Source: Hormoscilla sp.
Lineage (GTDB): Bacteria; Cyanobacteriota; Cyanobacteriia; Cyanobacteriales; Desertifilaceae
Direction of reading: 5' to 3'
NCBI GenBank assembly: GCA_051439505.1
Contig: JBFRWI010000021.1
Span: 1 to 28,169, forward strand
Length of the DNA: 28,169 nt
Notes under the pieces: generated by a model
The model's input: only the letters and a program-made list of their open reading frames with translations
Told to the model about the DNA's origin: nothing
Databases searched by the model: none
Program-made: the position numbers and the translations under genes
In this document: piece after piece, positions 9,801 to 17,426 of the stretch
Numbering within the stretch: the first letter of the stretch is position 1
How the letters are laid out: every line of letters begins with the position of its first letter

Positions 9801-9992
9801 GCCGCTCTCACAACCCAAAAACACCATTACCTCTGTCGGGCGATCGGCACTTTACCGGGCACGATCAACAGTCATGACTTCTTTTGTACAGAGCGGGCCC
9901 TTTCCCCGATCGGAGCGCATCATCAGTAGTTTAGCAACTTTTTTTCAATAGTCTGTCCGCAGAAGTTATAATTTCAGATTTATTCGAGCGAC
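9801..9992 (-). ncRNA. ssrS: 6S RNA
   Basis: About 190 nt. The ends pair into a long irregular rod (GUCGCUC/GAGCGGC; ACUUCUGCGG/CCGACAGAGGU). There is an A-rich bubble strand UAUUGAAAAAAAGUUGC, the motif GCGCUCCG shared with E. coli 6S, and a 3' GUGCCCGGUAAA. Ends are approximate. Confidence 0.75.
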
Positions 9993-10092
9993 CGATCGGT
10001 ATCAATCAGATAATCTGAGTTTTTTAACACCTCTAGTTGGCTATATTAAATTATGTAAAGTAAAATAAGAGAATATTTTTCACTATTGAACC

Positions 10093-11472
10093 ATGAAAAA
10101 TGATTCGGCATCAAGGACAAAGGGAAAATTGACGGAAGGTAGCGTGGTCGGGCATCTGGTCAAGCTGACTGTTCCCTTGATCTGGGGGGTGTTTGCAGTC
10201 ATCGCTTTCAACCTGGTTGATACTTATTTTGTCGGTCAACTGGGAACATCAGAACTGGCAGCGATGAGTTTCACCTTTCCCGTGGTGATGGCCCTGGGAA
10301 ACCTGGCTTTGGGACTGGGCATAGGTGCATCTTCAGTGATAGCACGGGCGATCGGGCAAGGCGATCGCCAGCAGGTGCGGCGACTGACCACTGATAGTCT
10401 AACTCTATCTTTACTAATTGTCGGTATCTTTATTATCCTGGGATTGGCGACCATCGAGCCGCTGTTTTCGGCCTTGGGTGCTGGACCTGAAATTCTGCCC
10501 CTAGTGCGCAATTATATGTCGATTTGGTATCCGGGGATGATTTTTCTGGTCATCCCCATGGTCGGAAATAGTGCCATTCGCGCTACTGGCAACACCACAA
10601 CTACTAGCATCATCATGACTGTTGCCGCCGTTACGAACATTGTCCTAGACCCCTTGTTTATTTTTGGCATGTTCGGTTTTCCCCGCCTGGAACTGCAAGG
10701 TGCTGCTATTGCTACTGTTCTGGGTCGCGCGACTACCTTAGTAGCATCTTTATTTGTCCTCCATCGTCAACAAATGCTCTGCTTTAACTTGCCTAAACCT
10801 ACCGAACTTTTAAAATCTTGGAGGAATATCCTCTACATCGGTCTGCCAGCGGGGGCTACGAATATGATAACGCCGATTTCTATTGGCTTGATTACCAGTT
10901 TACTAGCTTTCTACGGACCGGAAACGGTGGCGGGTTTTGGCATTGCTTCGCGGGTAGAGTCCTTTTCTTTAATTGTGCTGATGGCATTATCGGCTGCCAT
11001 CGGACCCTTTGTCGGACAGAACTGGGGGGCCCAGCAGTACGATCGGGTGAGGGAGTCTCTGGGCAAGTCCTTCCTCTTTTGCCTATTTTGGGGTATGCTA
11101 GCAGCAGTGGTCCTCGCACCGACTTCTGGGGCGATCGCCTCGGTGTTCGATCCGGATCCCCCCGTGGTGGCGATCGCCTCGAAATATCTGATAATCGTTC
11201 CCATCAGCTATGCTGGTACTGGGGCGATCCTGATTGCTAGGGCTGTCTTTAATGCCCTGGGAAAACCCCTGCCGTCGGTAATCATGACTCTCACACGGAC
11301 CTTAATTCTTTACGTACCCTTAGCATATCTCGGGAGTAAGCTATTGGGCGTGAGTGGCATCTTTGCTGCTGCCTGTTTTGCCAATCTTGTCGTTGGCATT
11401 GGCGCTTACCTCTGGAATCAAAAAACCTGTTCGGTGAAGGCACAGTTACAGTCCGAGTCGGCCAAGGCATAA
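10093..11472 (+). CDS. MATE family efflux transporter
   Basis: 459 aa, highly hydrophobic. Motifs NLVDTYFVGQLG, NIVLDPLFIFG..G.P.L.LQGAAIAT and VGQNWGA. Confidence 0.95.
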   Translation: MKNDSASRTKGKLTEGSVVGHLVKLTVPLIWGVFAVIAFNLVDTYFVGQLGTSELAAMSFTFPVVMALGNLALGLGIGASSVIARAIGQGDRQQVRRLTTDSLTLSLLIVGIFIILGLATIEPLFSALGAGPEILPLVRNYMSIWYPGMIFLVIPMVGNSAIRATGNTTTTSIIMTVAAVTNIVLDPLFIFGMFGFPRLELQGAAIATVLGRATTLVASLFVLHRQQMLCFNLPKPTELLKSWRNILYIGLPAGATNMITPISIGLITSLLAFYGPETVAGFGIASRVESFSLIVLMALSAAIGPFVGQNWGAQQYDRVRESLGKSFLFCLFWGMLAAVVLAPTSGAIASVFDPDPPVVAIASKYLIIVPISYAGTGAILIARAVFNALGKPLPSVIMTLTRTLILYVPLAYLGSKLLGVSGIFAAACFANLVVGIGAYLWNQKTCSVKAQLQSESAKA

Positions 11473-11489
11473 TAATTTAACTGAATTGC

Positions 11490-11519
11490 TTGCATTAATT
11501 TGCCCATCACCTGTATAAT
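11490..11519 (+). promoter_or_regulatory. Putative sigma70-type promoter for the peroxiredoxin
   Basis: TTGCAT-18 nt-TATAAT upstream of RBS AAGGAG (11541-11546). Confidence 0.5.
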
Positions 11520-11556
11520 GGGGGATGCTGCTCAATATCTAAGGAGAACAAGAACA

Positions 11557-12087
11557 ATGTATGGCAACAAAGTACCCGACGTGGTATTTAAGACGAGGGT
11601 CAGAGATGAATCAGTCGGTGGACCCAACCCTTTTCGCTGGCAAGACCGCACCACCCAAGAAATATTTGGTGGCAAACGGGTAGTATTGTTCGCACTACCT
11701 GGTGCCTTCACTCCCACCTGTTCTTCTACCCATCTGCCCCGCTATGAAGAACTCTATGATGAAATTAAGGCCCTGGGAATAGATGAAGTGATTTGTCTGT
11801 CCGTTAACGATGCCTTTGTGATGTTTCAGTGGGGAAAAAATCTCAAGGCGGAGAATGTTTTCCTCCTGCCCGATGGTTCCGGCGAGTTCACTCGGAAAAT
11901 GGGCATGCTGGTGGAAAAAGATAATCTCGGGTTTGGTTTGCGTTCTTGGCGCTACTCGATGGTAGTTAATGACGGCACCATTGAAAAGATGTTTGTTGAA
12001 CCGGGTTTTGCTGACAATGCCCCCGACGATCCCTTTGAGGTTTCCGATGCAGATACAATGCTCAATTACTTGAAGTCTGCTAAATAG
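11557..12087 (+). CDS. Type II peroxiredoxin (Prx5-like)
   Basis: Peroxidatic motif PGAFTPTCS, plus [10 protein letters not shown] and RSWRYSM. Start reassigned to ATG 11557, which follows AAGGAG. Confidence 0.95.
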   Translation: MYGNKVPDVVFKTRVRDESVGGPNPFRWQDRTTQEIFGGKRVVLFALPGAFTPTCSSTHLPRYEELYDEIKALGIDEVICLSVNDAFVMFQWGKNLKAENVFLLPDGSGEFTRKMGMLVEKDNLGFGLRSWRYSMVVNDGTIEKMFVEPGFADNAPDDPFEVSDADTMLNYLKSAK

Positions 12088-12090
12088 TTA

Positions 12091-12129
12091 CCCCGCCGGG
12101 GGTGTCCCACCTCCGGCTAATAGCTAAAG
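12091..12129. repeat. Partial copy of the double-hairpin dispersed repeat
   Basis: CCCCGCCGGGGGTGTCCCACCTCCGGCTAATAGCTAAAG resembles 4817-4852 and 16700-16737. Confidence 0.7.
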
Positions 12130-12181
12130 CAGTTATCTACAGCTATTGACTTATCGACAATTTTGTTATCATATCATCCTC

Positions 12182-12514
12182 ATGACTGCCATTCGCTCTT
12201 CTATTATCGATCTAGTATACCGTCGTTACCAGAAAAAAATCGGCAAGCAGATTATTTGGAGCGTCCTCTATAGCTACCAGAAAAAATTACGTCTTCCTGG
12301 CAATAAAACTAGACAAGACATTGTTTTTAAAGCCTTGTCAATTGAACTGGATGTGAAAAAATGGCATCTGCCAGAGGGCTGCCCTTTAAGTCCTTCATCT
12401 ATGTATATAAAATACCCTGAATTTAAATCTTTGGCAGAGGCAAATAAGGAATTTCTTGAAGGATATAAACTATACTCAGCTAAGATAAATTCAGGGGATG
12501 TAAGTAGTTCGTAG
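12182..12514 (+). CDS. Hypothetical basic protein (110 aa from ATG 12182)
   Basis: Open frame in AT-rich DNA, with a TGT-TATCAT extended -10-like element just upstream. No recognisable motif. Confidence 0.4.
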   Translation: MTAIRSSIIDLVYRRYQKKIGKQIIWSVLYSYQKKLRLPGNKTRQDIVFKALSIELDVKKWHLPEGCPLSPSSMYIKYPEFKSLAEANKEFLEGYKLYSAKINSGDVSSS

Positions 12515-12537
12515 TTCGTAGTTCGTAGTTCGTAGTT
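12504..12537. repeat. STRR-type heptamer repeat (GTAGTTC)n
   Basis: gtagttc x4 plus gtagtt; related units also occur near 9612-9638. Confidence 0.85.
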
Positions 12538-12720
12538 GGTTAAAGTTGGAATGAAAAATGGCTGCAACTCTTTATGGGAGAGGCTTTCAGTCATTCTGTA
12601 AATAGTTACAAAATTTGACATTATTCAGTTTACCAATGCACACCTACTTAAAGCTGGAAAGCGGGCTAATTGAAAAATTAACTGACAACTGAGACATGAC
12701 ATAAAAATCAGCCAGTTTTG

Positions 12721-12918
12721 CTAGCGAGGCAGCGTAGATACCTGAAAATAGGCGGTATCAATAGGTAGGCTAGCAGTATCATGTCTAGAATAGCTCAAAA
12801 TGTACAGGGGTAAGTCTGGGGCGATCGAACCTAGCAAAAAGGCGCTTTTGGCGATCGCCAGACGTGGTAGGATCTTCTCTAAGGCCGCATTGACCAGAAA
12901 GTGGGATGGTGTATTCAT
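12721..12918 (-). pseudogene. Truncated N-terminus of a membrane-bound metal-dependent hydrolase-like protein
   Basis: MNTPSH...AFLLGSIAPDLPL resembles the H.../G...PD metal-ligand motifs of these hydrolases. The ORF ends at 65 aa without the later His motifs. Confidence 0.6.
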
Positions 12919-13025
12919 ATTAGCATCAAAATTTATGCGGCTGTTGACATGACCTCAAAGATAACATGGGGTAAGGACTAAAGTCCGCCACGATCAAACG
13001 GCATTACAAACGGCATTACAAACGA

Positions 13026-13955
13026 ATGGAGAAATTAATTCTGGCAATTATCGGTGCTGGGGCTTGGGGTAGGGCCTTGGCTAAGTTGGCAAGAGACAAT
13101 GGTCATGATGTTCGCCTCTGGTCCCGCAGCAGTCTCGATAGTTTGCACGATGTCTTGGCTGATGTCTCACTTGTGGTATCTGCTATCCCCATGAAAGCAG
13201 TTGTTGCTACTTCTAGCAAAATACAGGCGATCGGACTCCCTGGGGAAACTATAATTGTCACGGCGACTAAGGGTTTAGACCCCCACAGCAGGCGCACTCC
13301 GGCCCAAATTTGGCACGATAACTTTCCCGATCGTGCTATTGTAGTGCTTTCGGGACCGAATCTCTCTAAGGAAATTGAACAACAATTGCCTGCTGCTACG
13401 GTTGTTGCTAGTGCAGATATGCAGGCCGCTGTAGCGACACAACAGGTTTTTGCTTCCAAAAAGTTTCGCGTTTATAGCAGTACGGACCCCCTGGGGACCG
13501 AGTTGGGGGGTACTCTCAAAAATACGATCGCGATCGCGGCTGGAGTCTGCGACGGCATGAAGTTGGGGACCAATGCCAAGTCGGCCCTGCTGACTCGGGC
13601 CTTGACGGAAATGATTCGCATCGGTACGCATTTAGGGGGTCAAAGAGAAACCTTTTTCGGATTATCGGGCTTGGGGGATCTGCTGACAACGTGCAACAGC
13701 CCTCTGAGTCGGAATTATCGGGTTGGTTACGGTTTGGCGCAGGGGAAAACTCTTGAGGAAGTTCTAAGAGAATTGCAGAGTACAGCCGAAGGGGTTAATA
13801 CTACTAACGTGTTGATTGATATTGCCCGTCGAGAACAAATACCGGTGCCCATCTCCTGGCAAGTTTATCTGTTGTTGAATAATGAAATCACGCCCCAACA
13901 GGCAGTGGAAGCCTTGATGGAAAGAGATTTGAAGCCGGAATTTCCCCGTTCGTAG
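13026..13955 (+). CDS. gpsA: NAD(P)H-dependent glycerol-3-phosphate dehydrogenase
   Basis: Motifs GAGAWG, ATKGL, LSGPNLSKEI, ELGGTLKN, GLSGLGDLLTTCNSPLSRN and AEGVNT. Confidence 0.97.
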   Translation: MEKLILAIIGAGAWGRALAKLARDNGHDVRLWSRSSLDSLHDVLADVSLVVSAIPMKAVVATSSKIQAIGLPGETIIVTATKGLDPHSRRTPAQIWHDNFPDRAIVVLSGPNLSKEIEQQLPAATVVASADMQAAVATQQVFASKKFRVYSSTDPLGTELGGTLKNTIAIAAGVCDGMKLGTNAKSALLTRALTEMIRIGTHLGGQRETFFGLSGLGDLLTTCNSPLSRNYRVGYGLAQGKTLEEVLRELQSTAEGVNTTNVLIDIARREQIPVPISWQVYLLLNNEITPQQAVEALMERDLKPEFPRS

Positions 13956-13990
13956 TAATCACTTTGTTCGTAGTAATCACTTTAGTGATT
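13948..13990. repeat. Tandem REP-like GTAG hairpin between convergent genes, overlapping the gpsA stop codon
   Basis: GTTCGTAGTAATCACTTT followed by GTTCGTAGT-AATCAC-TTTA-GTGATT. Confidence 0.8.
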
Positions 13991-14007
13991 CCGGGTTCGT
14001 AAAATAA

Positions 14008-16635
14008 TTACAGCCAATTTCCCACCATGACGTAGGGTGCCCAATAATAAGGACTCGCAAACTGCTTGTGCTGCAATAAACTAATTTGGGCCCGTCGGAG
14101 GGCTTCAGCTTTGCTCGTCCCGGGATTCGCCAATTGCTGATAAAATTCGATCATCAATGTGGCTGTCGATTCGTCGCTCACTTTCCATAATGTTGCTAGG
14201 GTACTCCGCGCCCCCGCACGTACCGCTACTCCTGCTAACCCTAATACTGCTCTGTCGTCCCCCTGGGCTGTTTCGCAGGCACTCAATACTAGCAGTTCTA
14301 TTGGTACAGATGCTTGTTCCCCTCGGCGGCGCAGGAAATTGTCTAACTCCTTGACATTAATCGGGCGATCGTATGCGAGAATAAAGGTCTCCTCTGCTTG
14401 AGAACTGAAGTTCCCGTGGGTGGCAATATGGACAACAGGAAAGGGAGATTCGTTGATTTGACTTTGCAGGGCGGCGCTGGTAAAATTTTGATTGAAGAGT
14501 AACTGAGTTGCCTGGATTTGCTGTAAGATTTGCTTTAGTTCTAGCTCGACGTTCGGTAAGGCACGAAAACCGTGGCGGGCTTGTGATAAACCAGCGGTCA
14601 GCGCCCCTATTTCTTGCCTGGTCAGGGGTTCTGCTTCAATTAGTTGCAGTCCCGGGACCAGGGCAATGCCGTATTTTTCGATTAAATACTGCTGTCCGTC
14701 GTGCAGCACCCCCATGGGTATGTTCCGCAGCAAACCGTCCAGGACAAATACTAGGGTTTCCACTTCATGCTGTTGGAGTTCCGCTGCGATCGGACGAATA
14801 ATCCAGTCATATAATCGTTGGGAATAAGGTAATATTCGCTGTGGGAATCTGCTCAATCTCTGGTTCCCTACATTTGTCCGCAGTTTACCTAAGGTATCTT
14901 CTATTTCCTGTTGGGGAACGGCGGTGCTGTAGTGCCGCAGCTTTCCTCCGGGCAAGGTGACGATCGCATCTATTCTATCTGATAAAATAATCCCATAGAT
15001 GCTAGCCGCCTTCTTGTCTATTTCATCAATGGACAAGGTTTGGGCGTCCAGGCAAGCTTCCCGGAAGAAGTTATCTAGTTCTGCCAACTGGAGAGACTCG
15101 ATGACTTGACGTGCTTGCAGCAGGTTTTTCTGAGAAGGTGGGACTCCCTTGTCTATGGTTAAAAGTAACTCAACTAACTCCCGATATACCGGTTCCACGC
15201 TTTCGCGAAAGCTAAACCGAATGTCAGGATTATCGGGATTAATGGCCACTAAATCGCTGCGCAAGGACTTGAGAGTTTCATAAGCAGCCTGATAAGCTGC
15301 AGTGGCCGCAGACTGTTTTCCTTGGGCTTTCAGGATCCGCCCTAACTGCCATTGCCACCGATAACTGATATCCCCTGCTTGCACCCCTTGCGCTTTCACT
15401 AACCCTCGCCTGGTGAGTTCTTCCGCTTCCAACCATCGCCCAGAGTCGGCGTACAATTCCCCTAGCTTACCTAAGGCATAGGATGAGGCCCGATCGTCTT
15501 TTAAACTTTCCCCTTGCTGAATGGCGGACGCTAACATTTGGGCAATCTTTCGGTGAGAAGCAAGGTTCTCTCCACCCTGAGTTGCTTGCAAAAGAATTTG
15601 GGCTAACTTACTGCGGGCATAAATGCTGCGGCGACTGGCAGGTAACTGGACTAGCTGACTAGAGATCTGGGATAATAATCTGCGGGCTTCGTCAAATTGC
15701 TGAGTTTCTACTAACAGGTTGAGCAGATTTAACTGCGCTTCTACTCGCTGTATGGGGACAAGAGAAAGGGTGGCTGCTTCGCGATAGGCGGATAATGCTG
15801 CTTGCTGTTGGCCCTGGGCAACTGTGCGATCGCGATTATTCTCTGCCCTTTGTGAGAGTGCCAGGGCCGTATTTCCCATGCTCAAGTAAATAGCAGCCAT
15901 TGCGGTCGAAGCCTCTAATTCTGCTGCTATAGTTAAACCATCCTGCAACAGTTTCTGGGAATCGGATAACTCGCCCATAACCCGCAAGGCATTGGCCAAA
16001 CTCAGCAATCCTATTGACTTTACCACAGATGGGGGTTGATTTTGCAGGGATATTTCTACTACTTTTAATGTTTTTTTTGCTTGCCGGTACATTCCCAAAG
16101 ATTGCAGGGCCTCCGCTTGGTTAATTTGAGCGCCGATAACTCCCTTGATGTCATCTATTTTGCTATAATAGCTAGCTGTTTTTTCCCATGTTTCTAATGC
16201 TTGATCTGGTTTTCCCCGTGCCAATTCCAGATAGCCTTTGGCGTTGAGGACGGCGGCCATAATCTTTGGGTAGATGGCTGCTTGCCGATACTTTCTCCCC
16301 TGTAATAATGATAGACTCTTTTCAATCGCAGATTCGGCCTGCTGCCACTGTCCCAATTCTTGATATGCTAAGGAGAGATAGCCGAGGGTTAAGGCCAGAT
16401 GTAACCCGTCACCTTTTGCTTCTAGGGTACTGGCGGTCTGTTCCCAAATTCCTGCCGCTGCGGAAAACCTTTGGGCGTCAAATAATTGCTTGCCTTGCTT
16501 TAACAGGACAATATCTGTAGGGTGGGCATCGCCCACCATTCCTGGGTGTGGTATTGGCCTCGGGGCAGGTAGCGCTTGGGCCGGTAAGGCATTGCTTATC
16601 AGCACAATAGATAGAATTTGTAACCACAATTTCAT
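14008..16635 (-). CDS. Exported TPR + CHAT-domain (caspase HetF-associated) protease, paralog 1
   Basis: Signal-peptide-like MKLWLQILSIVLISNALPAQA, TPR-like helices, catalytic HIATHG and LSACETA, and the terminal PYYWAPYVMVGNWL. The start at 16635 was chosen by alignment with paralog 2 (both 875 aa). Confidence 0.93.
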   Translation of the reverse strand: MKLWLQILSIVLISNALPAQALPAPRPIPHPGMVGDAHPTDIVLLKQGKQLFDAQRFSAAAGIWEQTASTLEAKGDGLHLALTLGYLSLAYQELGQWQQAESAIEKSLSLLQGRKYRQAAIYPKIMAAVLNAKGYLELARGKPDQALETWEKTASYYSKIDDIKGVIGAQINQAEALQSLGMYRQAKKTLKVVEISLQNQPPSVVKSIGLLSLANALRVMGELSDSQKLLQDGLTIAAELEASTAMAAIYLSMGNTALALSQRAENNRDRTVAQGQQQAALSAYREAATLSLVPIQRVEAQLNLLNLLVETQQFDEARRLLSQISSQLVQLPASRRSIYARSKLAQILLQATQGGENLASHRKIAQMLASAIQQGESLKDDRASSYALGKLGELYADSGRWLEAEELTRRGLVKAQGVQAGDISYRWQWQLGRILKAQGKQSAATAAYQAAYETLKSLRSDLVAINPDNPDIRFSFRESVEPVYRELVELLLTIDKGVPPSQKNLLQARQVIESLQLAELDNFFREACLDAQTLSIDEIDKKAASIYGIILSDRIDAIVTLPGGKLRHYSTAVPQQEIEDTLGKLRTNVGNQRLSRFPQRILPYSQRLYDWIIRPIAAELQQHEVETLVFVLDGLLRNIPMGVLHDGQQYLIEKYGIALVPGLQLIEAEPLTRQEIGALTAGLSQARHGFRALPNVELELKQILQQIQATQLLFNQNFTSAALQSQINESPFPVVHIATHGNFSSQAEETFILAYDRPINVKELDNFLRRRGEQASVPIELLVLSACETAQGDDRAVLGLAGVAVRAGARSTLATLWKVSDESTATLMIEFYQQLANPGTSKAEALRRAQISLLQHKQFASPYYWAPYVMVGNWL

Positions 16636-16699
16636 CGGAAATTCCCCCATCTTAATTTTCGATCGTTCACCATTCTCTATTTTCTCGATTTGTCTCATA

Positions 16700-16754
16700 G
16701 CCCGCCGGGGGTTCAAACCCCCGGCTAATAGCTGAAGTCGGTTGAAAACCGACT
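16700..16754. repeat. Double-hairpin dispersed repeat
   Basis: GCCCGCCGGGGGTTCAAACCCCCGGCTAATAGCTGAAGTCGGTTGAAAACCGACT. Confidence 0.88.
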
Positions 16755-16776
16755 AAAAACATTATCATTTTATCCC

Positions 16777-16803
16777 TCGTTCCCAGGGTCTCCCTGGGAA
16801 CGA
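16777..16803. repeat. Palindromic element upstream of both CHAT genes (second copy 27453-27479)
   Basis: TCGTTCCCAGGG-TCT-CCCTGGGAACGA is identical in both modules. Confidence 0.85.
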
Positions 16804-16875
16804 ACCTTCTAAGGCTCTGCCTCTTGTGATCTGCCTGGGGACTCCTGGGAGTTCGCGCGATCGGGGTCTCCCCGG

Positions 16876-17117
16876 TCACGAGGTAAATAGTTGGTTAAGA
16901 AGTTCCTCACGAGTTAAACCAACGTGATTCTCTATTTCACGTAAAATTGCGCGTAGCCAACCTTAATTGGGCTATGATTGGGAATGGTAATATGGTGCTC
17001 TCCATTCTCTTGAGTTGTTAATCTAATATGACTTCCGGTTTGGCGATCTACAACGTAGCCTATTTTTTTCAAAGCTTTGGATAAAGCTTCACCGGATAAT
17101 TCTCTGGGCAACTTCAT
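16876..17117 (-). pseudogene. hicA: HicA family mRNA interferase toxin, frameshifted near 16956
   Basis: MKLPRELSG...GY...RQTGSH...HHITIPNH.PIKVG, after which the expected C-terminal helix LRAILREIENHVGLTREELLNQLFTS* continues in another frame to TGA at 16876-16878. Confidence 0.85.
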
Positions 17118-17323
17118 GAAGCTATTACCTCATCATGTACGATATGTAAACGAATAATTTTGGGACGGGTAGCTTCATCATGGTAATGACAATGAATTGC
17201 ATCTTTCACCATTTCTTTGAGTTCGGGAATGCTGTCAGCTTGAGTAAAGATAGATTCACCTATCGCCCTGGCAACATATCCGCCTTCGGGATCGTTTTCG
17301 ACTAAAAAAATAATTTCTGTCAT
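17114..17323 (-). CDS. hicB: Short HicB-like antitoxin (no DNA-binding domain)
   Basis: 69 aa, with F.VE.DPEGGYVA.......FTQADS..EL..MVKDAI. It overlaps the hicA start by ATGA. Confidence 0.8.
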   Translation of the reverse strand: MTEIIFLVENDPEGGYVARAIGESIFTQADSIPELKEMVKDAIHCHYHDEATRPKIIRLHIVHDEVIAS

Positions 17324-17426
17324 GTTGTTTTATCCTTGGGATATGCGATTCTGAAACATGCACGAATACCAGTTTTCGCTCCGGGGCCGAGAAACCAGGT
17401 TTCTCGGAAAAACCGGGCTTCTCAAT

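Noticed and set aside
9684..9929. 81-aa plus-strand ORF, and a CUGAUGA...GAAA hammerhead-like motif on the minus strand
   Set aside because: The ORF has no protein-like features, hammerhead stem II geometry is not satisfied, and the region is better explained as 6S RNA.
16636..16716. N-terminal extension of CHAT paralog 1 (902 aa)
   Set aside because: It starts inside a repeat element that is absent from paralog 2. The signal peptide begins at MKLWLQ.
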